Positions 1-12,852 are shown, counted from the whole stretch's first letter. The stretch is DNA of 63,025 nt, filler included, from Asterionella formosa (GCA_002256025.1; 16 parts of 16 records of this genome joined end to end with filler, not necessarily neighbours in it); one strand, 5' to 3'. Numbers and translations: made by a program. Notes: generated by a model from the sequence alone, not told the origin.

Positions 1-1570
1 TTCTCCTTACTTTACATGGAATTCTTGTGAAAGTGATTAACAGACATGGAGACAATGATTATTACTACATTCTGCATTTGGGAAAAGCAGTACTAGAACG
101 ACAAGAAGGGATACTGGTGCCTGAGGAGCGACTAGAAGCAAATGAGGAGACAATAGAACCGATCCTCATACGAAGAAAAGCGACGAAAATAAGGGTTTGA
201 GAATGGCACCCATTCTTGGTTGAATCTCGAATTTCTTTCACAAGAGGCTATAAATTAGGAAGGAGGTTGAGCTGAGAGAAGGAGAAGCCCAGAAAGAAGG
301 AAAACCACATCAAATATACCACGCAGAGGCCATCATTGACATTGCGAGTTTTCCTTTCAGCATGATTTTCAATTATGTGGTCCAAGATTGACGATTATAA
401 CATGTATTTAATTAAATAAATATGGGTGCGGTCAATTGTGCTCATTCTTGTGATGTTCGCGCTGTCGCAGCACATTGTTCCAACAATGCTGCATACTCCA
501 TCGAAGGTAAGTGTTGGTCTCCTTTTGGCTGACCACGCTTGCATGCATGAAAGTCGGCCCTGTGTGATGAAGTTGCAATTTGTCAACTTTTCAATGTGTC
601 GGTTGAAACCAAATCGGCTGATTGCTGATTGTTCTTGCTGCCACCAACATCCGCTAACCCTCCCTCCTCGTCCTTAAATCTCTGACAGACTGCTGTGTTT
701 GAGATGCCGTGGAGAGAGTATTGTAAATGTGTGATGTTCGAGATGTGGAAGGGCAAAATTTTGCGGAGAACATCTGTGGAAAGCAGGCAGCCATGCAACA
801 TTGTAACTGGTGATACCCAGGCAGTTGGCCAGTAAGCAAGGAAAGCGTTGGGGCTCATCTTCTTCATTGTAGGAGTGCAATCGAACAAATGTTTTGGAAT
901 CATTGCCTTTATGATGATCATACGGGACCACGATTGGCTGTAGATTCAACAATGACAACAATTGGCCAAACAAACGCACTGGAATTCAGCAATAATTCGA
1001 TGCTCTATGTATCTAAAAACATGCCAATAAAGTAGCTCAACTAGCTCTAATTGACTAGCACTTGTAGTTACTAGAACTCTTTCCATTTTGGCCGCAATTT
1101 TCCATCACCTGTTGCAATCGACATGGTGGAGGCGATGTACAGACAGCTGCATAAGGGGGTCTCAAAAAATCGTATACCGGTTAAGTCAAAACTTAGTTTA
1201 CTATAGGAAAAGAGCGATGAAGAGCCTAAAGTAATATTTTCATTGAAATATAAATTTTTACCACACATTTCAAAGAGGTGACAAACTAGAGCAGTGTAGT
1301 TTGTGTGTTCATGTGAAGTTTCTCCATACTGTGCTGTTCATGTAGATTATGGCAAATTTCGTCATGGTCAACGCTGAGACAACAAAATGATGAAGGATTC
1401 TCCAGCAACTCACCGTGACTACTGGTATACTCTATTCTTAGCGTTTTCTAATATGGACAAATCGCATTATTTCAGCTAAATTAATATATCCCAGTTCGCA
1501 CGTGGACTACCGTCTGTTCTCTGAGCTTGAATTCTGCCATTCCCCGTGTGAGGCATGCGAGTCCTACTAC

Positions 1571-1672
1571 GTACCCGCAAGTTGCGGTCATTTTGCTTAA
1601 ACTAACATTTTAATCTTGGATAAAGAAAGCTAAATCTTTAGTTTCAGCAAAATTACCGCAACTTGCTGGTAC
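1571..1672. repeat. Imperfect palindrome, MITE-like (~100 bp)
   Basis: gtacccgcaagttgcggtcattttgcttaaacta pairs with tagtttcagcaaaattaccgcaacttgctggtac. A related arm sequence lies near 4737-4757. Confidence 0.6.
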
Positions 1673-1745
1673 CCTGGTACCAGATGTGGATGGATTTGCT
1701 TACCTACCAGGTTGCATTTGCAGGAGGATTTTGAAAAAGGTTTGA

Positions 1746-1942
1746 GCTCTAAATATGATCATTTTGGCAGATGTAGCAACATGTTTTGATTTGGCAGCAA
1801 ATTAAGTAGCTAAACTTTACCGTGCTGAATCGAGTGACGTTTACTTTGGGTCATTGGGTCATTGCTCGATTCGAGTAAAGTTACTTTATCTGCTAAATCA
1901 AAAACATTTTGCTATATTTGCCAAAGTGATCATATTTATAGC
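1746..1942. mobile_element. MITE-like foldback element (~200 bp)
   Basis: gctctaaatatgatcattttggcagatgtagcaacatgttttgatttggcag is an imperfect reverse complement of ctgctaaatcaaaaacattttgctatatttgccaaagtgatcatatttatagc. Confidence 0.65.
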
Positions 1943-2007
1943 AATAGTGAAGGCGTGCCAACTCGAAAGCGTTAAAGTTTTAATTCTTTCTATTTTATAT
2001 GTTCACG

Positions 2008-2107
2008 NNNNNNNNNNNNNNNNNNNNNNNNNNNNNNNNNNNNNNNNNNNNTTAATTAATTAANNNNNNNNNNNNNNNNNNNNNNNNNNNNNNNNNNNNN
2101 NNNNNNN
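2008..2107. other. Artificial contig spacer N44-TTAATTAATTAA-N44 (also at 33603, 35706, 37812, 39918, 42024, 44130, 46225, 48326, 50427, 52528, 54629, 56729, 58828, 60927)
   Basis: Identical 100-nt linker with stops in all six frames, present 15 times. Sequences on either side are generally unrelated. Confidence 0.98.
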
Positions 2108-2113
2108 CCCCCC

Positions 2114-2166
<53 letters not shown>

Positions 2167-2404
2167 GCCGCGCCCCCCACTGGTACCAGGTAACCGAATA
2201 TCGAAATGTATAGAATATACTGGTATATGTGTACAAACAAGCAAGAAACAAATCATTCAATTATTTTCCATCATTCGCAAGTCTGAATCAGCTCTTGCCC
2301 TCCTCCATGAGGTCCTATGGAGCCGTCGCCACTGTATTTGGTCACCAACCTACAAAGTAATCATGATAATGTCCTTGAATCGTTGTTGGCATGCCACTCC
2401 TCTC

Positions 2405-3499
2405 TCAGCAAATTGCAGTACCATGACGAGCTTCAGTTTGATTTTGAGCGCCAGTGAAAACTGTCATTTCTTTCCGAATCAATTCATCTGTGAATTCATT
2501 GCTGTCCAAAACAAGCTGGCCAATCCATTTTCTATGCCACATATCTATCTTATCGATGTGTACCTTTGCTTCGCAACTGCCATTTGCCAACGAAACTTGA
2601 AACACTTTACCCTTGTAATGCTTCTTCTTCAGGAGATCACCACGAGCGAAGGCCAGCCTTTTCTCATGAACCAATTCGGCTGCCTCTCGCATGGCTTTGG
2701 CACAGGGTCCTCAGTATCGGACTGTCGGACATCAGTGTACCCATAGTCGTTGTCATAATCAATCAACTTGTCAGACTTGATTGGGCACATTTGCCAAGCA
2801 TGGGACAACCCTCATTCCCGTTCTCTCAAGAAGTTGCATATGGATGGTTGCCAGGTGCCAGGTGAACCATAACGTGCAATGTGGCGTTGATAAGAATCCA
2901 GATTTTTTGGTATATTTCAGCTTCACCACCTTATACCAGTTCCATTTTCGCTCCGTCATTTGGTTGTTTGGCCTTCCAGCAGGGTCTATCCGACAGCAGA
3001 TGAGCAATTGGTGAGTGTTCAACCCATCACACAAAGATTCTTGAGTGTTGAGGGATGTACTCAAACTAGGTCATCAAGATTTTTTCAGATGCATTGCAGT
3101 GCATTGGTTCTTTTGAATTTTCTTGAGATAGCCTGGGACAATACTTTGCCATTTGGTGTGAAATCGAGCTGAGTTGTGCTTCATCAAGTGATTTCACATT
3201 TACAGGCATATGCCTAAAAAGCTTTTTGAGAGCATCCTTGTTTTTTAGGATCATTATTGTCTTCTCAGTTTTGCTCCATTTCCTCTTGCTCTTAAATCCA
3301 TTTGTTGATAAAAGTAGCTAATAGCAGTGTTGTATTTCTCCATGTCTTGTTCCACCAGCTTAAAGTATTCTTCCTGAAGTCTTGCCTGCTCATTCTTGTC
3401 CTCATGCTTCACACTTGCCGACCCAATCTCTGCCATGCATTTTAGCGATTCTAGCAACTTCTGCCTTGGCTTCCTTGAACGGAATACCTCTGCCATCAA
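2405..3499 (-). pseudogene. Fragmented coding-like region of unknown identity, probably a TE-derived relic
   Basis: Consecutive minus-strand ORF pieces (3499-3254, 3254-3066, 3064-2771, 2692-2405) with protein-like composition, broken by stops and frameshifts. No family recognised. Confidence 0.35.
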
Positions 3500-5530
3500 T
3501 ATGCCACTTCTAAATCTAGCAATCTATGTAATACCAGTAGTCTATTGAGGTCTTCTAAATATCGGTACCAGTACCAGTTACCACTCTGGAGTGCCAGGCA
3601 ACCTGGGTGCTGGTGCTCCGAGAACCTGGTAGGTCTACATATTAATCATACGTAAAATACATGGACGTAAAGAATTGATTTTCCGAGAGGGTACAACAAT
3701 ATACGACTAATCTGAGTTGAAATTTCAACCAAAAGGAGAGAAAAAATTCAACCCCCAGCGCAACCGGGTTGAATTTCTTGGAGATCAGTACCTAACTTCA
3801 CCACGGTAAAATATTGTCGATACTGTCAAGGTACCATCATGTCCCGAGTAGGACAATACCAGGGGTCTACAGAAAAATGCAACTTGGGTTGAATTTTACC
3901 AATAACAATACTGTACCAGGTACCCTGGTACTGGTACGACTACCGGCACTCCAATACGAGGTACCAGGTACCCCTGGTAGAATTTCTTGGTCAATACCAT
4001 CGCATTCCGCAGGGTTCCATTGCCCCGTTGGTAGAATATTCTACCAAAGTGTGAAAAAAAATTCCACCCCGTGTACTACTGGGTAGAATTTTTGCCTTTC
4101 TCTACACCATGTTTTCACCACGGTCAAGCAAGGGAGGGGTACCGGACAGTATTGACCTGTCCAGAGTATAACACTACCAGAGCCATACAGAAAAATACTA
4201 CCGGTACTTTGGTAGAATTTCGTCAATAATGTACCAGTACCTGGTAGGTAGCTAAAATAGTACTACATGGTACCAGTAGTTTCATCATCCATCATCATTC
4301 ACCAAGATTATGTACTAACGGTATCAGGTCCCCTGGCACACCGTTACTCCGGTATTGGTTTATATACCGGTATGTGCCTTTGAGAGTAGAGTAATATGCT
4401 CTTTTAGGGGTAGTGTATTATTAAATCTACAGAAAGCAACTAAGATTCAATATAAACGAATAAAAAATATCATGAGTTTACTACATTTAGGCATACTCCT
4501 GATTTATATATCTCTTTGGCGTGGAACAAAATTATATCTACATCAAGGAACGAAGATACAGTATTAACGTTTAAATATCATTTTTGTTTGTTTAAAATGG
4601 ACCTCTATCTATCTGGCGCCGACTCCTATTTAATTCAAATATTCAAATGGACAGTCGAATCATGGGAACTCATAGCAACAAACTCCCTGTTCCATGCCGA
4701 TTTTACAACCCTAGCGACGTTTTCTCCAAACTAGGGTTATCGCAACTTGCAGGTACTACGAGGCTGCACTACCGGTATGTTACCGGGTACCCTGGTACTG
4801 TACCAGGAAAGTTGCGGTAAACAATAAGAAAGTACCAGGTACTGTTCCAGGCAAGTAGCGGTACCGGTACCTGGTAAACAATCAGAAATTTAGTACCTGG
4901 TACCGGTTGTCTGCCGGTAGCTAGTTTTCCATATGCATTTGTATAGTAATAACGACTGTCTTGTACCACAACTCCCACAGGAGGCACCCACACTGATGGT
5001 TACCGGTGAAAAGCAATTACCAGTACCGGTAGACCGTACTGTGCACCTCTGTGTCAACTAAAGGTTTCGTGAACATCCTGATCAGAAAAATTCTGGTTGG
5101 CCGCTTTAATTGCGATGCTGCACCAGGTATTGCTTATTTGCTCCTCACTTATTTAAACCTGTATTTGCAAGAAAGAATCGGCCACCCGCAGCATATACCA
5201 TACATTCAAATAATCATTTCATACATAGCCATACATAAAACATTAACAACAACATTTTTTAGTCTTGAATAAAATGTTTACCGGTATATACTAAATTACT
5301 CCACTTTATGTAGGATAGCTCTACGTATGTAGCTGGTGGACGCGATAACTCGAAGATTCCAATTGATTCATTGTTGGTACATCAATACTCAAAGGATGTA
5401 TAATAGACTTTAAAGGAGGTATGTACATGAAAAAGTCGAAAGGGTATACATAGCAAGATTCCGTGTGAACATAGTATGAACATAAAATGAAAAAGGGCAA
5501 AATTCTCATGGCCCATATACCGGTAGTTTT

Positions 5531-6851
5531 ATGAGCAGAATACGGAGAATGTGCAGAGATGCTTCAATAGGGCGTTCGCTCTCAGCGGCGATGAAGGACG
5601 ATGCGACATGCCCCGAGACACCTTGGTACAAGCAGCGCAACTTTTATGTGTGCCTGGTTATCGTAGGCGTGCTCTCGAGCGAAACGATGATTCGTATGGC
5701 TCAAGTGAGTCAATCGACATCGCCCTCCTCTCCTGATTCTGTTTTGGAAATCAACCAGGTAACAGGATTGGAGACTGACCATGATCCCAAACCTGCTTTT
5801 GGGTTCTATGTATTTGGAGACGTTCCCTATGCTACATGGGAAGAGCGCATGCTACAAGACCAAATGGATGATTTGACAAAACATCGACTCAACCATACTC
5901 TTTTTTCAGTACATGTGGGTGATTTACAGAGGACCCTAGTTTCACATTGCAATGAGGAATACTATCACATGGTCCGACAGATACTTCGTAGGGGGCCACT
6001 GCCTACCTTTGTTGTGGCAGGCGACAATGATTGGTATGGTGCGTTGCCTTGGATATTTCGTTTCACTCAGTCACGTCTTGACATTACTCAAACCCCCGTC
6101 CTTACTCAATCGCTTACACTTACATTGCATCCCCTGCACGCAACTAGATTGTTCCGACCGCAAGCAAGGCTGGGAATTATTTGGTAAATACTTTTTTCGC
6201 TTTCAAAAACGGTGGAAGCAAGAGGCTGAGTTGGACAAATTGGGCATTTCGCACATGCAAACTATCCATCATTCAGACCATCCCGAATTGTTTGCCTTCA
6301 AGCATGCCTCAATTTTGTTCCTTTCTGTACATTTAATAAATGGAGAAGTAGGCGACGAACCAAAGAAAGATTGGGACGATCGGATGACAAGAAGCATTGA
6401 GTGGGTCAAGAGTAATGTGGAATCATATTCTTCCAATTTTCATATTCGCGGTGTCATTATCTTTGGTCATTCTGTGCGGTCGTTGAGGACTCGGCCCTTT
6501 TTTGAAAGCATTTTCGATTGCTTTCGTGGCTCACGAGCGCAAATGCCTGTCGTGTACCTTCACGGCGATGGTCATTATTGGGGTGTTGATAGCAAATTGA
6601 GTCTACAATTGGGTTGGAAGCATTATCGGGATGTACAAGTGGATCAAGGGGCATTTGCAGATCCAATATTGGTGGAAATTGCGTCCGAGGATGTCAATGG
6701 TGAACTGGTTCCACTAAAAGTGGAGCATGCCAACCAATTTTTGTTTGGTAAAGGATTGATTCGGATTGATCGGCAACGTGGGAGGTATGGTGAAGACTTC
6801 TTGATGACCTACGGGGTTGAAAACGGCCACTATAAAGGTTATTCTAAGTAG
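5531..6851 (+). CDS. Calcineurin-like metallophosphoesterase with N-terminal membrane anchor; exons 5531-6038 and 6148-6851
   Basis: Motifs GDVPY, HVGDL, GDNDWYDC (restored by splicing GT-AG intron 6039-6147), IFGH and LHGDGH. TM segment FYVCLVIVGVLS. Confidence 0.85.
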
Positions 6852-7330
6852 GCCGTCCCTTCGTTAAGTCTTGATTTGTGGCAACATGTGCAGCTTTGCT
6901 CGGAACTACACAGTATTGGTGCCTCGAAAGGGCATTATGTAAAACGCCACAATCGTTGTCACCCAGATCTCAGCAAAAATGTATCAACAGCCCTTCCATT
7001 TTTGTTTTAGTGTGAAAGTGTCGGAGGGGTCAAATTTATTCATAGATCCCACGTACTGGCATGTACAAATAGAGACAGTGCATGTTCCAATAATGTGAGT
7101 ATTTTAAGCACATCATTCTCACCACGCACTGCCTGATGCAGTATACCGAATCGGTCATTGGTCGCGCATGCCAGCAGTCATCGAAAAAATTGAACCAACC
7201 CTGACTGCTGCCGAGATAAATCAAAGTATTGTACTGTAGCACATGTTGGCATATACTCTTTAAGTGCTGAACGTGTTATACGGTACCAGGTAGTCTATTC
7301 ATTTTGTGGATGTACACCTACGGTACCTGT

Positions 7331-7401
7331 GGAAGGTCCGGTAAAACACGTTGTTTGCCTAGGAAAAGGTTAAGCTAAACATCTCGATTATCGGACCTTC
7401 A
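7331..7401. mobile_element. ~70-bp mini-MITE, copy 1 (TIR GGAAGGTCCGGTAA)
   Basis: ggaaggtccggtaa...ttatcggaccttc. Homologous to 16715-16785 and 32573-32642. Confidence 0.75.
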
Positions 7402-7506
7402 CTGGAGTACTACTGAAAACACAGGAAATTCTGTTTTTTGCCACCGCTACCCCTGGTGCCGCAATGACCGCTACCTTCGTTGCTCCACCTTCATTGAATC
7501 ACTAGA

Positions 7507-8652
7507 ATGGCGAGTCCAGTAACCGCCCCAGAGCTGTTCAAACTCGTGCAAGAAGAGAACTGGACCAAAGTGTTGCAACGAGCTTCCTCTGAAATCAGCG
7601 AAGCCCAGTATGTCGACCCAAACACTCAAGTGACTCCTCTCCACCTCGCTGTCCTCTGCCGTAAGACTTCCAATCCAGCCGCTCGTATTGCTGCGATTCG
7701 GGCCCTCATCGTGGCCGCCCCCGACTCTTCAATCCAAAAGACCGCAGATCTGGGCAATACAGCGCTTCACTACGCCTGCAACTCAGTCGATGAAAAGGGC
7801 ATGGACGACGACCTCGTCATCATTAAACTCATGTTGGAAACGAACCCGAAGGGCGCCACGTTGGTCAATAAGCACGGGCACTCTCCATTGGACGTTCACA
7901 TTATTGCTGTCAGTAAGATCAAGAGGCAGTCCGATGTACCGTCCTTCCGACGAGCCAAGAAATCGAAATCGCCGACTCCCACCCTAATTCTAAAGACATT
8001 GTCGGAGCACGATCTCGCAGGGGGATCGCTCGCTCGGACCCTCGATGTATTGTTTGAGTGTAACTCACTCGCCGTCTTGGAGCAAGTGGCCTTGGAAGAG
8101 GCCCAAGCCAGCTCGAGCAAACTCCGTGCCCGCCGTCAGGCACGCTCATCAGGAGAGTCCGTGGCATCCGCCGTTCCCTCGGGCAGTACGAATTTTATGA
8201 ATTTCTGGGTTTGGGAATGGGCATTGATCTTGTTAAAGAGTGAAGTCCACCGGACAAAGGCCAAAACCAAGGCCAGTGCTTCCACCTTTGCCGCGCTGCA
8301 CACGAGTGCTTCGGTGAAGGACTGTCCTCTCCCCTTTTTGATGCTCGCCATGCGTGCGTATCCGAATCAATTGAGGATACCAGATACACAAACGGGGAAT
8401 TTGCCACTGCATACTGTGGCGGGATGGGATGTGAGTGACCCAGCCAGTATATCGCGAAAGTCTATGGTACTGTCGGCGCTTGTGAGTGAATATCCGCAGG
8501 CCACAAAATTGAGAAACAAGCAGGGCAAGACACCTCTGAGTTTGGCGCTAGAGACGGGCACTTCATGGGACAACGGGGTGAGGCGATTAACAACCTTTCA
8601 ACGGGAAGGGTCCTTCAAGCAAAATGAGCGTGGTAGACGCGAAAAGAAGTAG
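7507..8652 (+). CDS. Ankyrin-repeat protein
   Basis: Intact 381-aa ORF with ankyrin-type motifs TPLHLA, GNTALHYAC, GHSPLD, GNLPLH and GKTPLSLA. Confidence 0.85.
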   Translation: MASPVTAPELFKLVQEENWTKVLQRASSEISEAQYVDPNTQVTPLHLAVLCRKTSNPAARIAAIRALIVAAPDSSIQKTADLGNTALHYACNSVDEKGMDDDLVIIKLMLETNPKGATLVNKHGHSPLDVHIIAVSKIKRQSDVPSFRRAKKSKSPTPTLILKTLSEHDLAGGSLARTLDVLFECNSLAVLEQVALEEAQASSSKLRARRQARSSGESVASAVPSGSTNFMNFWVWEWALILLKSEVHRTKAKTKASASTFAALHTSASVKDCPLPFLMLAMRAYPNQLRIPDTQTGNLPLHTVAGWDVSDPASISRKSMVLSALVSEYPQATKLRNKQGKTPLSLALETGTSWDNGVRRLTTFQREGSFKQNERGRREKK

Positions 8653-8881
8653 TCGTTGCAGGGGATGGAGGCTATAGTTTCAAATATACATTCTTTTAGT
8701 CCTAGTGACTATTGACAGGTCATAAGTATTAGTATTTACTAATTAGTATGTACATGCAAATCGGATGTTCATTACTATATTCGGGTGAACCTCACTCTCC
8801 GTATTCCTTTTCAATTACAACATGTAAATGCTACGTCAATGGGTGCCAACGACATAACTGTTGTCGTGCTCACTATGTTCA

Positions 8882-10192
8882 TCAAGCGTCATGATGCCCC
8901 CCTTCAAAATATTCTCCCTCCCACCAGAGCGAATCGTCATAATCATCTGGAGCTTCCAGCGCCGTCTTCTTCATAACGACCCCAGTCGCGTATCCAGACA
9001 AGATCGCCGTTACGAGAGTCCCAGCCACTCCCATGAGTTGGCGTAGAGGTTGAAGTACTCCACCAGTCAAGAACTCAGCCTTGGAGTCCATGATGACGAA
9101 GATCGCACTAGCAAGCCCACCAAAAATGCTAGGCCATCCATGCAAATTACCCACCCCACAGGTATCATACAAGCCAAACCACTTTTCTAACGTTGGTGTC
9201 GAGTACACATATCCCAAAACGGACACCATACCAGCCGCAACACCTACCAAGAGTGACCCTCCTGGTGTCATGGCGAGACGAGCGGACGATCCCACAGCAA
9301 CTCCTCCCGCCAAGGTACTATTGGCAACATGGACGGGGTCCAATTTGCCATGCTTGGTGAGAATCGTCATGAAAAAGGTTGCTCCAGTGCTTCCCAGGAG
9401 AGCAAATATGGTATGCATGATGCATAGACGTTCGTTTTCTGGCACCCCAGTTTCGGTGCCACCTACAAAGCTGGGCCAGTATACCCAAAGGATTGTAGTT
9501 CCAATCAAGGCAAGAAGGTCCGATACTTTGTCAGGAGTGGCGTTGGATGCAGTGGATGGCTTAGGGGGTCCGAGGGCGTACGAGGCGGCGAGCCCAAAGT
9601 ATGCACCGAACATATGAATGGTCATGGTGCCCCCTACGTCTTCGGCTTCAAAAACTCCAAAGACGAGTACGACCTTGTTGAACGCGTAAAAGAATGATTG
9701 TGAGACAGCCATGATGACCAGCTGAACCGGCGAGGCGCGGCCAATCACTGCGCCGTATGAAATTAGCAATGTCGCGGCGCTGAACTCCCCGTCAATGATG
9801 GATGCCACACTAAGTGGAAGGGGAAGGACTGTGTCTTCGGATCCAGCGTCGCCGTTCAAGAAGCGTGCGCCGAGTTCCATAAATATGTTTAGCTGCACAG
9901 AAATGACAGTGAGCATCATGGTAAGACCGACAGCACCAAGACCGTACTTTTTCAAGAAGGTCATGAGGAAGCCAAAACCCAGCAAAAGCATCGTCATGAT
10001 ATCACGAAAGATGACATATTCAGTCGGTGAATATTCTTTAAAGTTATACGTTGTGGCCGTCACGAAGAGAACCAAAAGAATGAGTTGGATGGAGCCCACG
10101 AGCAATAGAAGAGTTCTGGCGCTAGCCTTGGCATAATCCAGGGCTGGCGCGCCGTTCTCGAATGAGACAAGTGGAGTAGACTCGGTTGGCAT
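8882..10192 (-). CDS. Rhesus (Rh)-type ammonium transporter/gas channel (Amt/Mep/Rh superfamily)
   Basis: Rh signature FRDIMTMLLLGFGFLMTFLKKYG, also DGEFSAATLLISYGAVIG and DVGGTMTIHMFGAYFG. Twin His (IHMFG, NLHGWP), multiple TM helices. Start is either 10192 (MPTEST) or 10276. Confidence 0.92.
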   Translation of the reverse strand: MPTESTPLVSFENGAPALDYAKASARTLLLLVGSIQLILLVLFVTATTYNFKEYSPTEYVIFRDIMTMLLLGFGFLMTFLKKYGLGAVGLTMMLTVISVQLNIFMELGARFLNGDAGSEDTVLPLPLSVASIIDGEFSAATLLISYGAVIGRASPVQLVIMAVSQSFFYAFNKVVLVFGVFEAEDVGGTMTIHMFGAYFGLAASYALGPPKPSTASNATPDKVSDLLALIGTTILWVYWPSFVGGTETGVPENERLCIMHTIFALLGSTGATFFMTILTKHGKLDPVHVANSTLAGGVAVGSSARLAMTPGGSLLVGVAAGMVSVLGYVYSTPTLEKWFGLYDTCGVGNLHGWPSIFGGLASAIFVIMDSKAEFLTGGVLQPLRQLMGVAGTLVTAILSGYATGVVMKKTALEAPDDYDDSLWWEGEYFEGGHHDA

Positions 10193-11149
10193 GGTCGATG
10201 TAACCGAGCTTTGTGATGCAGAAGGAGAGTGGCGCTGAGAGAATGCAGAGATTGCAAAATACATCTGCACTTGCATGCTGTTGTGTCCCTGAATTCTTAC
10301 GGGGTTAGCATGATGCTCCTATCCTACCACCGGTACATACAACACCACCCCAAGGATCTTTTTTCCTTGTTGCACCATACATAGGTCAGCAACGTTCCCT
10401 CATATGTATGCTGTTTGACATTGGGACACAACTATGAAAAATATTTATTTTTGTTGCTTCTTCCTTTTGGATCTGGGATCTTTGAGCCATATGAGGCATC
10501 CGGTACCTGGTACAAATAATATGAGTACCTGGTAGCAACGGACCGTGTATGCACCTCCTTGCTGTAAATTGCCGCGTTCTGATACTGTATATTACCTGGT
10601 ACCTGGTACGGTATATGTGTATCAGCATGTTCGCTCTCGTGCTTTTGCGTACTGTAACACAAATTGTTCAGTCAACATGATGAATTTATCGCTTTTGCTG
10701 GGGAGAGTGGAAAACACAATGAATACAATTATTGCTTCCACCATGATATCAATACAGCAACCAATTTAAAGTCCAAATCTATAGCAATCTCCAATTGCTA
10801 CATCAACACCAGGCATCAATGCTCAACAATCTTCTTCTGTATCAATTGAATGTCAAACATCAGCCAAGTTACTAGAATGGTCACCATAGTAGCTAGTAAG
10901 AATAATAATGAAGAATTACCTTAAATAAATCCAATGTATCTAAGACTTAAAAATGCATTCTATGTTTGATCATGATAATACTAATGAGTATAATGAACAA
11001 GAGGAGACATAGCAAACGAGAGGATGAATTGCTAGGAAAATTTAACCATTAATAATTAGAGGGAAATTTAAATTTGATGCCAGTTAAGTAAACAAAGATA
11101 TTTCGATAATCAGAGCAGCACAAAGACGATATTATAAAATGTATAAATC

Positions 11150-11250
11150 ATAGGTGAGTCCCCAACCATCTTTTGCGACAGGTGATCTTAGCCACAGCGT
11201 TTGGGGAAAGTCTGGCGGCTGCCTACTAGGAAGGCAGCACAAGCTGGTGC
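11150..11250 (-). repeat. Internal fragment of the tRNA-headed SINE-like family
   Basis: ataggtgagtccccaacc...tcttagccacagcgtt...ggaaggcagcacaagc matches the bodies of the copies at 33221-33570 and 35806-36025. Confidence 0.65.
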
Positions 11251-12852
11251 TTTTAGTTTTTCCAGAACGCGCTCAATGAGATATTTAGCTCTGCTTTCCT
11301 AGGAGGAAGAACCATATTTTACCGAAACTCCCTGGTATGGCTGGTGGGAACGGCTATTTACTATGATCCTCGCAGAATCGCTAACCCTATATTTGACATA
11401 ATATGATCAAGGGTGGCCAAAGAGGCGAATTTTGGGGTGGGCATGCATAGGGTGGGTTCAACCTTTTTCAGGTAAGGTTAAGGTAAGGTTCGCTGCCCCT
11501 AGTATGCTATGCCGATGAGATGGACTGTGTAAGCATACTGACAGGGTATAATATGATGGCGATATCCATTCCAGTCTTAACAGTTGCTTGAACAGCAATT
11601 GTGATTCCACAAATAATGCGTTTTTCCAATTCAAAAATCAGGGGGGGGGGGGCTGGGCCGCGCCCATTGAGTGTACTTGAACCATCCTTCTTACCTTCCC
11701 ACTCTACAGGTTTTGTAACTAGCTTTCATTTAGTACCGGTGCCAGTGTCATGTGTTCATATAATGGCATGATACATATTCTAGTAGAAAATACCAATACG
11801 CATTTGAGGCATATATACAGGAAATTTTATGAATAAAAATCTCGCTCCTTCACAATCATTTGTTTAGAGATATACATATTGGGCGCGCTCTGATATTAAA
11901 AAAATATTATATCATGTGCAATTATAACACAAATCGTTGCACCCATAACCCCAAAATTTGTGTTTTTGATGACCAAATTTGGTAACTCTGTTTTGCACCT
12001 CTGGGTGCAAACCACACAAACAAATTTTTTTTACAGTTATTAAAAACCGGGAATTTTATATAAGTTGACCTCTAGTCATGAATGAATACATATAATTTTT
12101 CGTCACATAAAGACTTGCTTGCTCACACCCGAAATGGCTAGTTCTCACCAAAATACTAGGTATCAGTGATATGCAGATACATATGCGCATTAATCATCCT
12201 AAAGGTATTTTAGATGTTTATCAATCGTTTTCTTCCATGTAGGTTGTGATCATGTCTTCTTGCTCACAATCTACCATCAATTCAATCTGAGTGGTCGCAC
12301 TATGAATTCATGTGAAATGTCTGTACTGGTTGCTGCCTTTAAAGCGAAATTAAGAAACTGAGTGCATTTAAACATTCTATACATTTGTTTGTTAGCATCG
12401 TCAACATTGCTCTAAACTAAAACACATTGGTTGTGCTTGTAAATGAAGATGTTGTGTTCAAAATAGACCTTCTTTGTTACTGTAGCATCCTCTGTAAAAT
12501 GGTGTCCGCATGGAACTGATTTTCCAGAAAAAAGATTGCTCACTATCTCTGCTCGTAGCTCATGATAGTCTCCATCTACAGGATGCAATACATTTAAAAT
12601 TGGTTGCCAAATACAAAATACTACATACTCTGCCTATCCAGGCCAACTCGGTCATTTCATCGGCTTCTGGTGGATGTGTTTCATTTCCTGTTACTTTGAT
12701 CCGAGTAATGAAATGCGCCTCCAGAAGTGGCTTGCAGCGTCACTTTGATTGTCTAATTGTGCCCGACAGGCCTCCATGACTTGGAGTAAATGACCTTCCT
12801 CGAGATGAGTTTCGCCTCCTCGCTCCTCCTTGGTCGTGGTTTATGCCATTCT

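Noticed and set aside
1..1000. Possible Cys-rich transposase relic
   Set aside because: Multiple stops in all frames and no recognisable motif.
2008..2107. Regularly spaced TTAATTAATTAA palindromes as a biological repeat or CRISPR-like array
   Set aside because: They are embedded in N runs of constant length, which marks them as an artificial concatenation linker.
2052..2260. Poly-Gly ORFs from the poly-C tract
   Set aside because: The homopolymer sits at a contig end and is likely a sequencing artefact. The ORFs run into Ns.
9081..10136. Long antisense and alternate-frame ORFs (e.g. 9081-9617, 25563-26192, 29750-30184, 45152-45946)
   Set aside because: These are shadows of real genes on the other strand or frame and carry no motifs.
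11471..11490. Telomere-like ggtaaggttaaggtaaggtt
   Set aside because: Too short, internal, and not a TTAGGG array.
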